Source: a virus
Taxonomy: Duplodnaviria > Heunggongvirae > Uroviricota > Caudoviricetes
DNA length: 8,144 nt
Direction: 5' to 3' (one strand)
IMG/VR virus record: IMGVR_UViG_2695420485_000006
The notes under the pieces were generated by a model that was not told the DNA's origin, did no database searches, and saw only the letters and a list, made by a program, of their open reading frames with translations. Of this stretch, positions 1 through 6,584 are shown in pieces. The translations under genes and the position numbers were made by a program. Positions within the stretch are counted from its first letter, which is position 1, and every line of letters starts with the position of its first letter.

Positions 1-98
1 CCCAGGCGAACCAGCACCTCCGCACACGGCTGTGCCACATCACGGATATCCCCGGCCCGGGCATCATGCGTGCCCTGCAGATACTGGATTTTTGCCAT
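1..98 (-). CDS. Hypothetical protein, 5' part only (gene runs off the window start); first gene downstream of the major capsid gene
   Basis: ATG at 98..96 (minus strand), open to the window edge (MAKIQYLQGTHDARAGDIRDVAQPCAEVLVRLG...). No convincing Shine-Dalgarno; placement is by position after the capsid gene. Function unknown. Confidence 0.3.
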   Translation of the reverse strand, partial: MAKIQYLQGTHDARAGDIRDVAQPCAEVLVRL

Positions 99-142
99 CT
101 GTTACTGCGGGACGCTCTCACCTCCCGCCCTCCTCATCAGAC

Positions 143-2080
143 TCAGCCGCCGGACGCACTGCCGTAGTTCACACCGGTGATCACAGCCACCGCCGCAGTA
201 CGGCGACGACGCCAGTTGATCCAGCGCTCCGCACGGATGGCCACGCTGCCGGTCTGGAACATGGAAACCAGCTCCACCGGCGACGGTGTGGTGCTGTCGC
301 CGCCCGGCTCAGACTGCATTTCCAGTGACGCTTCACGGGACATATCCACTGCCACACCGCCGTCATCCGCCAGATAAATATCCGGTGCATTCACCAGTAC
401 CAGCTGGTCACCCACATACTGGGAGACAATCACCGGAAGCCCCTGAAAGATCCCGCCCAGCAGGGTCATGTCCGGATATTCCTTCTGACCCAGCGCATTT
501 TTACGCATGGACAGCGCCAGGGCATTGGTGCTGGACATCAGCCAGACCGCACCAGTGGGCTGCAGATTTGCCGTCACAAACTGGCCAAACGCGGCCTCGG
601 CATCCGCATCCGGGTTACCGGTTGATGCCGTGCCCTTCACATCATGGGTGATGGACGCCGGGGAGACATCTGCCACTGCAGCTTTTTTCGGGTCCACAAA
701 GTCTGTGTCCAGACGCGCCACCACCGCTTCTGCCAGCGCATTACGGACCAGCGCATCAGCTGCCGGACTGGAAAAACGGATCAATTCTTCCGTCAGTACC
801 GCAATGGCCGACACCTTCGCATGACTGAAGGTGATGGATTCAAAATCAAACTTCGTCAGGGGTTTTGCCTTACCCTCCCCCACCCAGCCGGCAGCACCGC
901 CGGACACCTGGGCATGCACGCGGATATTGAACGGCACCTGACGAAGAGCAGGGATCCCGCCCTGACCAAATCGCCCGATAATGGTCTGAGGACGCAGGTA
1001 ATCAATAAAGTCCTGTGCGTATTCCTGATATTCAGACAGGCTGCCTGCCCACTGTGGGTCCGTGGTGGTCCCTGCCCCCACCGCCGATTTCAGGACATGA
1101 TGCAGACGGCTGTCATCCGGATACTGACGACGGGCCACTTCCAGGGCTTCAGAGCGGACACCTTTAGCCGCGGCCAGTGATTTGGCAAAGCGGGCGAAAC
1201 CAATCCCCTTCTCCAGTTTCTGCTCAACACGGATCACCGGCGCTGAAGCCACCGTGGCCACATTCCCGTTACCGGCCTGTTTCACCGGCTGTGCCGTGGC
1301 GGCCTTACTGGTTTCCAGTTCACGCAGACGCTTCAGGTGCGCATCCACCTGACGGATTTCCGCTGCGGTGTTGTCGTAGTGCTCTTCCTCTTCCACATCC
1401 AGTGTGCGGCCTTCCTCTGCGGCTTTGTTCATGATCTCCTCAAGGGAGGCTGCCAGCGCCGCACGCTTGTTTTCAAAACTTTTAATCTGTTCACCAGTAT
1501 TCATTGCTGACTTTTCCTTATGAAAAGAGGTTATTGACTGTGCCGAAGCGCCGGCAGAAGATGCGATTTTCACCACCGGTTTCCGGTTGCCGGACGCGGC
1601 AGAAAACGGGCGGTCGAAATATTTAATGGTCCGGATGGTGCATTCCGCATTCGCGGGCACGGTGACGGCAGACACCTCCATCAGCTCCCAGCGCAGAAAA
1701 TGCAGTCCGCCTCCGTCCAGATAAGTGTATTCATGGGGCCGGAAGCCCACAGAAAGCCCCCTGACCAGCCCGGTCTTAATGGCAGCCCAGGCCTCATCCA
1801 GCCGGGCTGCCATCTGGGAGGGCATCCCCGGCTCCGGCTTCACCAGCATTGCCGTGATTTCCAGCCCTTCCCTGACCCGACGCACCGTACACTGGCCTAC
1901 AGGGCGGGAATGGTCATGCTGCCAGAGAAACGGGATCGTACTGCCAAACTCCGCCCCCTCCGGCTCCAGGATGTCACCATCCCGATCCGGAGAAGGCGTT
2001 GACGCAATCCCGGTGATCACCCGTTCATCCTCGCTGAAGGATTTCACCGTCAGCAGGGAACAGGCCCGTTTAAGAGTCAC
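143..2080 (-). CDS. Fused prohead protease / scaffold (delta-like) / HK97-fold major capsid protein
   Basis: 645-codon ORF. GTG start at 2080 preceded by AGGAGG with a 5-nt spacer. N-terminal ~180 aa carries HK97-family prohead protease signatures (GIASTP..DRDGD, LWQHD, LSVGF, EVSAVTVPAN). The middle is a charged, coiled-coil-like segment (EEIMNKAAEEGRTLDVEEEEHYDNTAAEIRQVDAHLKRLRELE). The C-terminal ~380 aa matches the HK97-fold capsid pattern (TEELIRFSSPAADALVRNALAEAVVARLDTDFVDP; LLGGIFQGLPVIVSQYVGDQLVLVNAPDIYLADDGGVAVDMS). Assignment from remembered family signatures. Confidence 0.9.
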   Translation of the reverse strand: MTLKRACSLLTVKSFSEDERVITGIASTPSPDRDGDILEPEGAEFGSTIPFLWQHDHSRPVGQCTVRRVREGLEITAMLVKPEPGMPSQMAARLDEAWAAIKTGLVRGLSVGFRPHEYTYLDGGGLHFLRWELMEVSAVTVPANAECTIRTIKYFDRPFSAASGNRKPVVKIASSAGASAQSITSFHKEKSAMNTGEQIKSFENKRAALAASLEEIMNKAAEEGRTLDVEEEEHYDNTAAEIRQVDAHLKRLRELETSKAATAQPVKQAGNGNVATVASAPVIRVEQKLEKGIGFARFAKSLAAAKGVRSEALEVARRQYPDDSRLHHVLKSAVGAGTTTDPQWAGSLSEYQEYAQDFIDYLRPQTIIGRFGQGGIPALRQVPFNIRVHAQVSGGAAGWVGEGKAKPLTKFDFESITFSHAKVSAIAVLTEELIRFSSPAADALVRNALAEAVVARLDTDFVDPKKAAVADVSPASITHDVKGTASTGNPDADAEAAFGQFVTANLQPTGAVWLMSSTNALALSMRKNALGQKEYPDMTLLGGIFQGLPVIVSQYVGDQLVLVNAPDIYLADDGGVAVDMSREASLEMQSEPGGDSTTPSPVELVSMFQTGSVAIRAERWINWRRRRTAAVAVITGVNYGSASGG

Positions 2081-2092
2081 ATCAGCCTCCTG

Positions 2093-2118
2093 AAAATAAA
2101 AAAACCGCCGCAGCGGTT
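2093..2118 (-). terminator. Weak intrinsic terminator-like hairpin between terminase large subunit and capsid gene
   Basis: Minus-strand RNA reads AACCGC-UGCG-GCGGUU (6-bp stem, 4-nt loop) followed by a U-rich tract (UUUUUUAUUUU), sitting between the TerL stop (2144) and the capsid start (2080). Confidence 0.35.
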
Positions 2119-2143
2119 CATGATGGTTACAGGGTGAGCAGGG

Positions 2144-3805
2144 TTATATGAAAAAAACCTCATACGCTTTCTTTTTCGGTTCCGGATTCAGGGACATCAG
2201 GGACACCGCATTGAAGAGCGCCATCAGCGGGTCAATTTTTCCCCGTCCGCTGGCCTGTTTGGTGATAAGAATGGCGTTACCTTTAGGCTCCACCCGGGCA
2301 TTGCCAACGCACCAGGCCATCAGTGGCTGACCACCATGCACCAGTACTCCCTCAGCCAGTTTGCGCTCGGTGGTTTTTATGGCCCCGCCCAGCTTCCAGC
2401 CCTGGCTTATCCCCACAACAATTCCGTCGGGGATCCCGGCTTCCGCCAGTGAATCCAGAATCTGCCCCACACCTGACGGGTCAATACCGATATGCTCCAG
2501 TAACTCAGCCTCATGAATACGACGCACATACTCCGCCACTTCCGCCGTGTCATCCCCGACCCGACGGACAATCGTCATGTCTCCACAGGCCACAAAATCC
2601 TGAAAACGGGATGCCTCACTCTTCCGTCTGACCACCGCGGTTTCATGCGCCCAGGCATGGCCCCAGCCCAGCCATTCGCGGGTTTCCCTGTCACGGCCAA
2701 TCACGTACATTCCCAGCAGATCATCCAGGCCCCCGCCGTCAATCCCCACCGTCACCACATCAGCGCGCTGCAGGATATCGTCCAGGCTGACGCGCCTGCC
2801 CTGCTGCTCCCAGAAATCCGCACCCACCCAGCGGTCAGAACGCAGGGCAAGACCAATTTCCACATTGGCATGTTTTGACATGAAGCCACGAAATGCTTCC
2901 TCACCAGCCTCCCGGGCTTTACGGTACTCCCGGTACAGAAAAGCCTCATCCACCGAATAACCGAGATTCGGGTTAACCATGGCGAGGTTTTCCATCAGCA
3001 GGTGAGCCCCGCTTTCCACCATTTCAGGAGGATGCTCAAAAATCACCGGCAGAAAGTGCGGATCATGAATTTTGCCGTCACGGACATCCCGGGCATACTG
3101 CAGTTTCTGTCTGAACACCCCGGCGGGCGGTTCATTCGACTGGGTGGTCGTATACACCACAAACCCTTCCGGACGGGAGGCAAGCCCGCCGATGGCTTCA
3201 CGTAGCATGTCTTCCGCCTTGTACTGCTTGCCAAACAGCCACAGTTCATCAATCAGTGTCCCCACGGACTTGATACCGGACACCGTATTCGGATCGGCTG
3301 CCACCACCTTCAGGGTGGTGTCCGTCACCCGATGGGTGATGGTCCGGATATGTGTCTGCACCTGACAGAGGTCATCCAGATCATCGTCCCGTCGTACCAT
3401 ATCCCTGGCAGGGTTGAAGGCGTTAGCCGCCACCTCCACGGTCGGGGCCAGAATCGTGTAACCCGCCGCCTGCCGCCAGTTCAGTAACAGTGCAGTCATC
3501 ATGATCCCCGCGGCCAGCGTGGACTTCGAGTTTTTCTTGGGGATAAGGATAAAAACTTCCTTGATATGGCGTACACCGGTCTGCGCATCGTAGGAGCCAA
3601 ACAGGGCCGCCACCAGGTCAAACACCCACGGTGCACAGGACTCCCCGAACGTAGGGCTACCAGGTGCATCCACAATCCGCAGTTGTTTAAAAATCGCCAG
3701 GGCATGTGCGGCCTCGTCCGGATAAATCGGATCCGGAATAATCGACAGCCCCTTTTGCAGGCGCTCTGCCCAGTCCGGGCAGGCTGTGCTCCATACAGGT
3801 ATCAT
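2144..3805 (-). CDS. Terminase large subunit (Terminase_1-like ATPase/nuclease)
   Basis: 553-aa ORF. ATG at 3805 overlaps the TerS stop (ATGA). Walker-A-like PKKNSKST around residues 89-96, acidic nuclease-type region VGIDGGGLDDLLG, and a C-terminus (KIDPLMALFNAV) typical of this terminase family, all from memory of the family pattern. Confidence 0.9.
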   Translation of the reverse strand: MIPVWSTACPDWAERLQKGLSIIPDPIYPDEAAHALAIFKQLRIVDAPGSPTFGESCAPWVFDLVAALFGSYDAQTGVRHIKEVFILIPKKNSKSTLAAGIMMTALLLNWRQAAGYTILAPTVEVAANAFNPARDMVRRDDDLDDLCQVQTHIRTITHRVTDTTLKVVAADPNTVSGIKSVGTLIDELWLFGKQYKAEDMLREAIGGLASRPEGFVVYTTTQSNEPPAGVFRQKLQYARDVRDGKIHDPHFLPVIFEHPPEMVESGAHLLMENLAMVNPNLGYSVDEAFLYREYRKAREAGEEAFRGFMSKHANVEIGLALRSDRWVGADFWEQQGRRVSLDDILQRADVVTVGIDGGGLDDLLGMYVIGRDRETREWLGWGHAWAHETAVVRRKSEASRFQDFVACGDMTIVRRVGDDTAEVAEYVRRIHEAELLEHIGIDPSGVGQILDSLAEAGIPDGIVVGISQGWKLGGAIKTTERKLAEGVLVHGGQPLMAWCVGNARVEPKGNAILITKQASGRGKIDPLMALFNAVSLMSLNPEPKKKAYEVFFI

Positions 3806-4365
3806 CCGTTGCCCTCATTATCGTTATTCACCACCAGTCGGGGGGGCGGTGGCACCGCAAAACGGTTAGCCGCTTTTTTCGCGGCATCACCTTTTGCCGA
3901 TTTTTTACCGGCATCGCCTTTTTTATGGTGCGTGAACTGCGCCAGACGCCAGGCCGCATCCAGTGCCAGTTTCGGATCAATGCAGAGGTTTTCCACCAGG
4001 ATCCGCCCCATGGCTTTCACCGGATCGGGAAGACCATCCTCCATATATTCAATACCAGGAGACATCACCGCGGACGGTGGCATCTCCGGATTGTTTTCGT
4101 CCGGCTGTGGTATTGCAGCCACCTCACGGCGACGGGGTTTATCCTCCTGCTCTGATTTTTTCTGCCGGTAAACAGGAACCTCATCCACCTCCACCGTCTC
4201 GCACTGTTTACGGGCTATAAACGCGAGCACCTCCGGATCTTTTGCCAGCTGCGAGCCTTTAACCCTGGCGGTCTTCGCCGAATAACCGGCGGCAATGGCT
4301 GACGCTGTTTTGTTTTTCCCGGACATGAGCGCCAGCGCAAATTTTCGTTTTTGCGTTGTCAGCAC
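3802..4365 (-). CDS. Terminase small subunit (P27/HK97-type)
   Basis: 187-aa ORF. GTG start at 4365 preceded by GGGAGGAGG. N-terminal KRKFALALMSGKNKTASAIAAGYSAKTARVKGSQLAKDPEVLAFI matches the conserved HTH region of phage terminase small subunits. Stop overlaps the TerL start. Confidence 0.85.
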   Translation of the reverse strand: MLTTQKRKFALALMSGKNKTASAIAAGYSAKTARVKGSQLAKDPEVLAFIARKQCETVEVDEVPVYRQKKSEQEDKPRRREVAAIPQPDENNPEMPPSAVMSPGIEYMEDGLPDPVKAMGRILVENLCIDPKLALDAAWRLAQFTHHKKGDAGKKSAKGDAAKKAANRFAVPPPPRLVVNNDNEGNG

Positions 4366-4437
4366 AGCCTCCTCCCGGGTCCAGAACGCACTCAGCCGGG
4401 TATGGTTCAGCCCATTTTTCCCGGCGTCTCATGCCGC

Positions 4438-4565
4438 AAATGTTAACTGCTGCCTGGTTAACATTTGCTGAAAAAGCCAGTTAACATTTTTTTCGCACAA
4501 CAAACTGAATAATAAAGATAAAAACCGCAAAAATGCCCGGGCAGCCAGTTAACATGTTAACTGCC
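4438..4565. repeat. Array of GTTAAC-core sites (putative TerS recognition elements, cosB-like)
   Basis: GTTAAC at 4442-4447, 4457-4462, 4480-4485, 4548-4553 and 4556-4561. The 12-mer GCCAGTTAACAT is repeated at 4476-4487 and 4544-4555. A perfect 18-bp palindrome CAGTTAACATGTTAACTG lies at 4546-4563. An A/T-rich block (about 4490-4530) sits between the sites. Confidence 0.5.
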
Positions 4566-4590
4566 CTGAAACAGGAATTTTTTCTCTGCA

Positions 4591-4655
4591 TGAGACGGGG
4601 GGCGGTGTCCGGGGCGATCGTTTTTTTCGCCGGATGATCCCCCCCCCGGGGCGGA
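4591..4655. other. GC-rich block with homopolymer runs; candidate cos nicking region (cosN-like)
   Basis: G6 run at 4597-4602, T7 at 4621-4627, C9 at 4639-4647. Repeated CGGGGCG(G)AT motifs. Lies between the HNH stop (4656) and the GTTAAC array. Confidence 0.35.
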
Positions 4656-5021
4656 TCACAGTCCGATGATATCGTCTGCCCTGCCATGACCTCCGGACAC
4701 CTCCGGCAGCGTCGGGTCCGGCATACCACTCGCCGTTTCACTGACTGACTTCTGGCGATGGCATTCGGTACAGAGCGTCCAGAGATTCGTCTCCTCATTA
4801 CCACCACCGAACTGAAGTGCAATGCGGTGATCGAGTTCACTGTCACAGAGGTCAACCACACGACCACAGAGACAGCACTGCCCGGCATCCCTGAGCCAGA
4901 TATGACGCTTGAGGGAAACACGTGCACTGCCACTGACACGACGCTGTTCCCCCTTCAGAATATTCACCCGTCGGGTGTTCAGAGTTTTGATTCTGCTCTG
5001 GAGTGTACGAAGCTCAGCCAT
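4656..5021 (-). CDS. HNH endonuclease (phage packaging-associated, HK97 gp74-like)
   Basis: 121-aa ORF with an HNH/zinc-finger core CCLCGR..DSELDHRIALQFGGGNEETNLWTLCTECHRQK. GGGGA Shine-Dalgarno 6 nt before the ATG. Sits immediately upstream of the cos-like region and terminase genes. Confidence 0.85.
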   Translation of the reverse strand: MAELRTLQSRIKTLNTRRVNILKGEQRRVSGSARVSLKRHIWLRDAGQCCLCGRVVDLCDSELDHRIALQFGGGNEETNLWTLCTECHRQKSVSETASGMPDPTLPEVSGGHGRADDIIGL

Positions 5022-5062
5022 GTAAAATCCCCGTCATATGGCAATCAGTAAAGGAAATAAAT

Positions 5063-5263
5063 ATGTCATCGAAAAACCGGACCCGCAGAACCACAACCCG
5101 CAATATCCGTTTCCCCAATCACATGATTGAACAGATCAACATCGCCCTTGAGCATAAAGGGTCCAGTAACTTTTCAGCGTGGGTTATTGAAGCCTGCAGG
5201 AGAAGGCTGGCAACAGATGCAACGCATCTGCGTACGGCCAGCATGACAAATAACGAGAAATGA
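5063..5263 (+). CDS. Small basic protein with predicted ribbon-helix-helix (Arc/MetJ/CopG-like) pattern; possibly YlcI/YnfO-like (DUF3950)
   Basis: 66-aa ORF. AGGAA Shine-Dalgarno 7 nt before the ATG at 5063; the track's longer ORF from 5003 lacks an SD and overlaps the HNH start. Sequence RNIRFPNHMIEQINIALEHKGSSNFSAWVIEACRRRL resembles the Arc beta-strand plus two-helix pattern. It is the only plus-strand gene in the window. Confidence 0.5.
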   Translation: MSSKNRTRRTTTRNIRFPNHMIEQINIALEHKGSSNFSAWVIEACRRRLATDATHLRTASMTNNEK

Positions 5264-5585
5264 ACGTTCGGTTTCTTCCACCATCGTACCGGACAGGCGA
5301 CTATGAGGGGACAACGCCGCGCTCCGTTAACGCGGTAAACCCCGGTGTGTATCGTTTTTGATTATCCCCGCACACTCGCGCAGAAGGAATTCCCCGTCGG
5401 GCTACGGTCATGGTTAATGCGGAAATACAGCGACGATACAGCGCATGATGTGTCAGGCTTGAATACCTTTATCCGTTAAAAGGGATATCAGTTAAGTTAT
5501 CCCGTGTAGGGTATAAGTCATTATCAAGCCCACCAGTAGATGGGCTTTGTAATGGAGAGCCGTTGTGAAAGTGGCTCTCAGACTG

Positions 5586-5789
5586 TCATTTTTTCCCTTT
5601 CTGTTTACCTGCCCACTGTTTTGCAATGTACAGGCAGTTATCGAAAATTCGGCCTTTTCTGCTGGCTTGTGAACAACGGCGGTAATGTTCCACCGCCATG
5701 TCAGCGCCAGTCATAGCCGCGTTTTGGTCGTATCCAAGCTTTATTAACTCGGTTGTTACATTTTTATGTATGAAATCAATCGGAGTCAT
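5586..5789 (-). CDS. Hypothetical small protein (67 aa), translationally coupled to the upstream Rha-like gene
   Basis: ATG at 5789 overlaps the stop of the 198-aa ORF (ATGA overlap at 5786-5789). Lys-rich C-terminus. No recognisable family. Confidence 0.45.
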   Translation of the reverse strand: MTPIDFIHKNVTTELIKLGYDQNAAMTGADMAVEHYRRCSQASRKGRIFDNCLYIAKQWAGKQKGKK

Positions 5790-6382
5790 GCTGGTTTACC
5801 ATCAGGGAAGTCCCCCATGTCACATAGCTTGAACTGAATAAGATCCTTCACAAGCTGCTCAGCCTTTTTAATGGCCTTCTTCTCTTTCTTCCGACGAGTC
5901 ATGAGAGCGCTACCTGCTTGACCGTGCATTTCAAATGAGAACTTCTCAGCAGCCGCGACACGGTTTTGCATTTCGCTGATTGCCATATCGGTCAGGCCAG
6001 AGAAATCGAGAAGGTTAATCTCCTTCCCACCCTCAAGCTCAGTCATGTGGTCATACACCTGCGCCTGAAGCTCATAGCTGTAGCTCATTGCCATGAGGCA
6101 AGCTTCACGCTTGGGAAAATTGCAAATATCCCTCTCCACAACACCACCTGTTCCGTTGATATAGGTATCAGTTGCAAAAAATTTTGCAGCTGCATCCCCG
6201 AGGACCTTGGGTACTTTCTTCATGAAACTGCGGTGTTCGAGTTTGCGATATTTCTTACAGGGGAACGCAAGCCCCTCCGCCTCCGCTTTGGATTTCCGAT
6301 CAGCATTAATGTAATCCACCATCTCAAGACTGCTCATGGTCGGGTATTCGCCAGAAGGAAGAACGGTTAATGATTTGTTCAT
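5786..6382 (-). CDS. Putative phage regulatory protein, Rha-like (antirepressor-type); assignment tentative
   Basis: 198-aa ORF. AGGAA Shine-Dalgarno 9 nt before the ATG at 6382. N-terminal half (TMSSLEMVDYIN ... LEHRSFMKKV ... EACLMAMSYSYELQAQVYDHMTELE) resembles the Rha pattern (TMSSxEIAxxTGKxHxNVMRDI ... LLxMGFTGxxAxxFKxxYIxAFNxME), but with a ~15-aa insertion. Remembered consensus only. Confidence 0.55.
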   Translation of the reverse strand: MNKSLTVLPSGEYPTMSSLEMVDYINADRKSKAEAEGLAFPCKKYRKLEHRSFMKKVPKVLGDAAAKFFATDTYINGTGGVVERDICNFPKREACLMAMSYSYELQAQVYDHMTELEGGKEINLLDFSGLTDMAISEMQNRVAAAEKFSFEMHGQAGSALMTRRKKEKKAIKKAEQLVKDLIQFKLCDMGDFPDGKPA

Positions 6383-6527
6383 GTCGGTATTTCCTTTAGA
6401 AAGTTGAGCCTGTTCGCACAGAAAAACCGTCCCCGAGAGGTCCTCACCTATACGGCAGTTCTCAGGCTCAGCTTTCTGAAAGACTCGGGATTGTTACGCG
6501 CTGCGATACGCTGTGAAATTCAGATGT

Positions 6528-6553
6528 AAAAAAAAGCCCCGCATCGCGAGGCT
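6528..6553 (-). terminator. Rho-independent terminator downstream of Rz/Rz1
   Basis: Minus-strand RNA reads AGCCUCGC-GAU-GCGGGGCU (8-bp stem, one G-U pair) followed by a run of 7-8 U; starts about 30 nt after the Rz stop. Confidence 0.6.
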
Positions 6554-6584
6554 CATTAAATTGACTTTGTGATTTGCAAAAAAA

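Noticed and set aside
104-125. Hairpin GCGGGA..TCCCGC just downstream of the capsid stop as a terminator
   Set aside because: No U-tract follows on the minus strand; more likely an mRNA-stabilising stem or coincidental, so not called as a terminator.
32-2093. Multiple plus-strand and alternate-frame ORFs (32..328, 177..377, 181..390, 286..651, 507..824, 644..1180, 1177..1434, 1700..2002, 1725..2093) overlapping the capsid gene
   Set aside because: They sit antisense to or out of frame with a long ORF that has clear protease and capsid signatures. Their products are Arg/Pro/His-rich low-complexity sequences typical of spurious ORFs in GC-rich coding DNA, with no SD or family signatures.
2148-4220. 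Plus-strand ORFs inside the terminase genes (2148..2330, 2323..2631, 2513..2878, 3002..3205, 3072..3365, 3566..4171, 3925..4155, 3963..4220) and minus-strand alternate-frame ORFs (2752..2949, 3043..3252, 3499..3705)
   Set aside because: All overlap the well-supported TerL and TerS reading frames and lack recognisable motifs or ribosome-binding sites.
4438-4565. Possibility that the GTTAAC repeats form a CRISPR array
   Set aside because: The repeats are only 10-18 bp, irregularly spaced, partly palindromic and overlapping, with no uniform spacers. They fit protein-binding sites, not CRISPR.
4481-5051. 152-aa minus-strand ORF (4481..4939) and plus-strand ORF 4758..5051 overlapping HNH and the cos-like region
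   Set aside because: They overlap the HNH gene in another frame or on the opposite strand, and the first extends through the repeat and homopolymer region. The HNH frame has the clear zinc-finger HNH motif.
5003-5263. Longer 86-aa version of the plus-strand small ORF starting at 5003
   Set aside because: The upstream start has no SD and overlaps the HNH start codon region. The internal ATG at 5063 has an AGGAA SD at proper spacing, so the 66-aa form is preferred.
5063-5263. Type II toxin-antitoxin module, with the RHH-like protein as antitoxin
   Set aside because: No co-directional partner ORF with a plausible toxin fold follows or precedes it; the neighbouring 320 bp has no supported ORF.
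5540-5716. 58-aa plus-strand ORF with a hydrophobic stretch, antisense to the 67-aa minus-strand gene (possible small membrane toxin)
   Set aside because: No SD, and it begins inside a hairpin. The opposite-strand ORF is translationally coupled to the Rha-like gene and is more plausible. Kept only as a remote possibility.
5966-6370. 134-aa plus-strand ORF antisense to the Rha-like gene
   Set aside because: Fully embedded antisense to a better-supported ORF; no motifs or SD.
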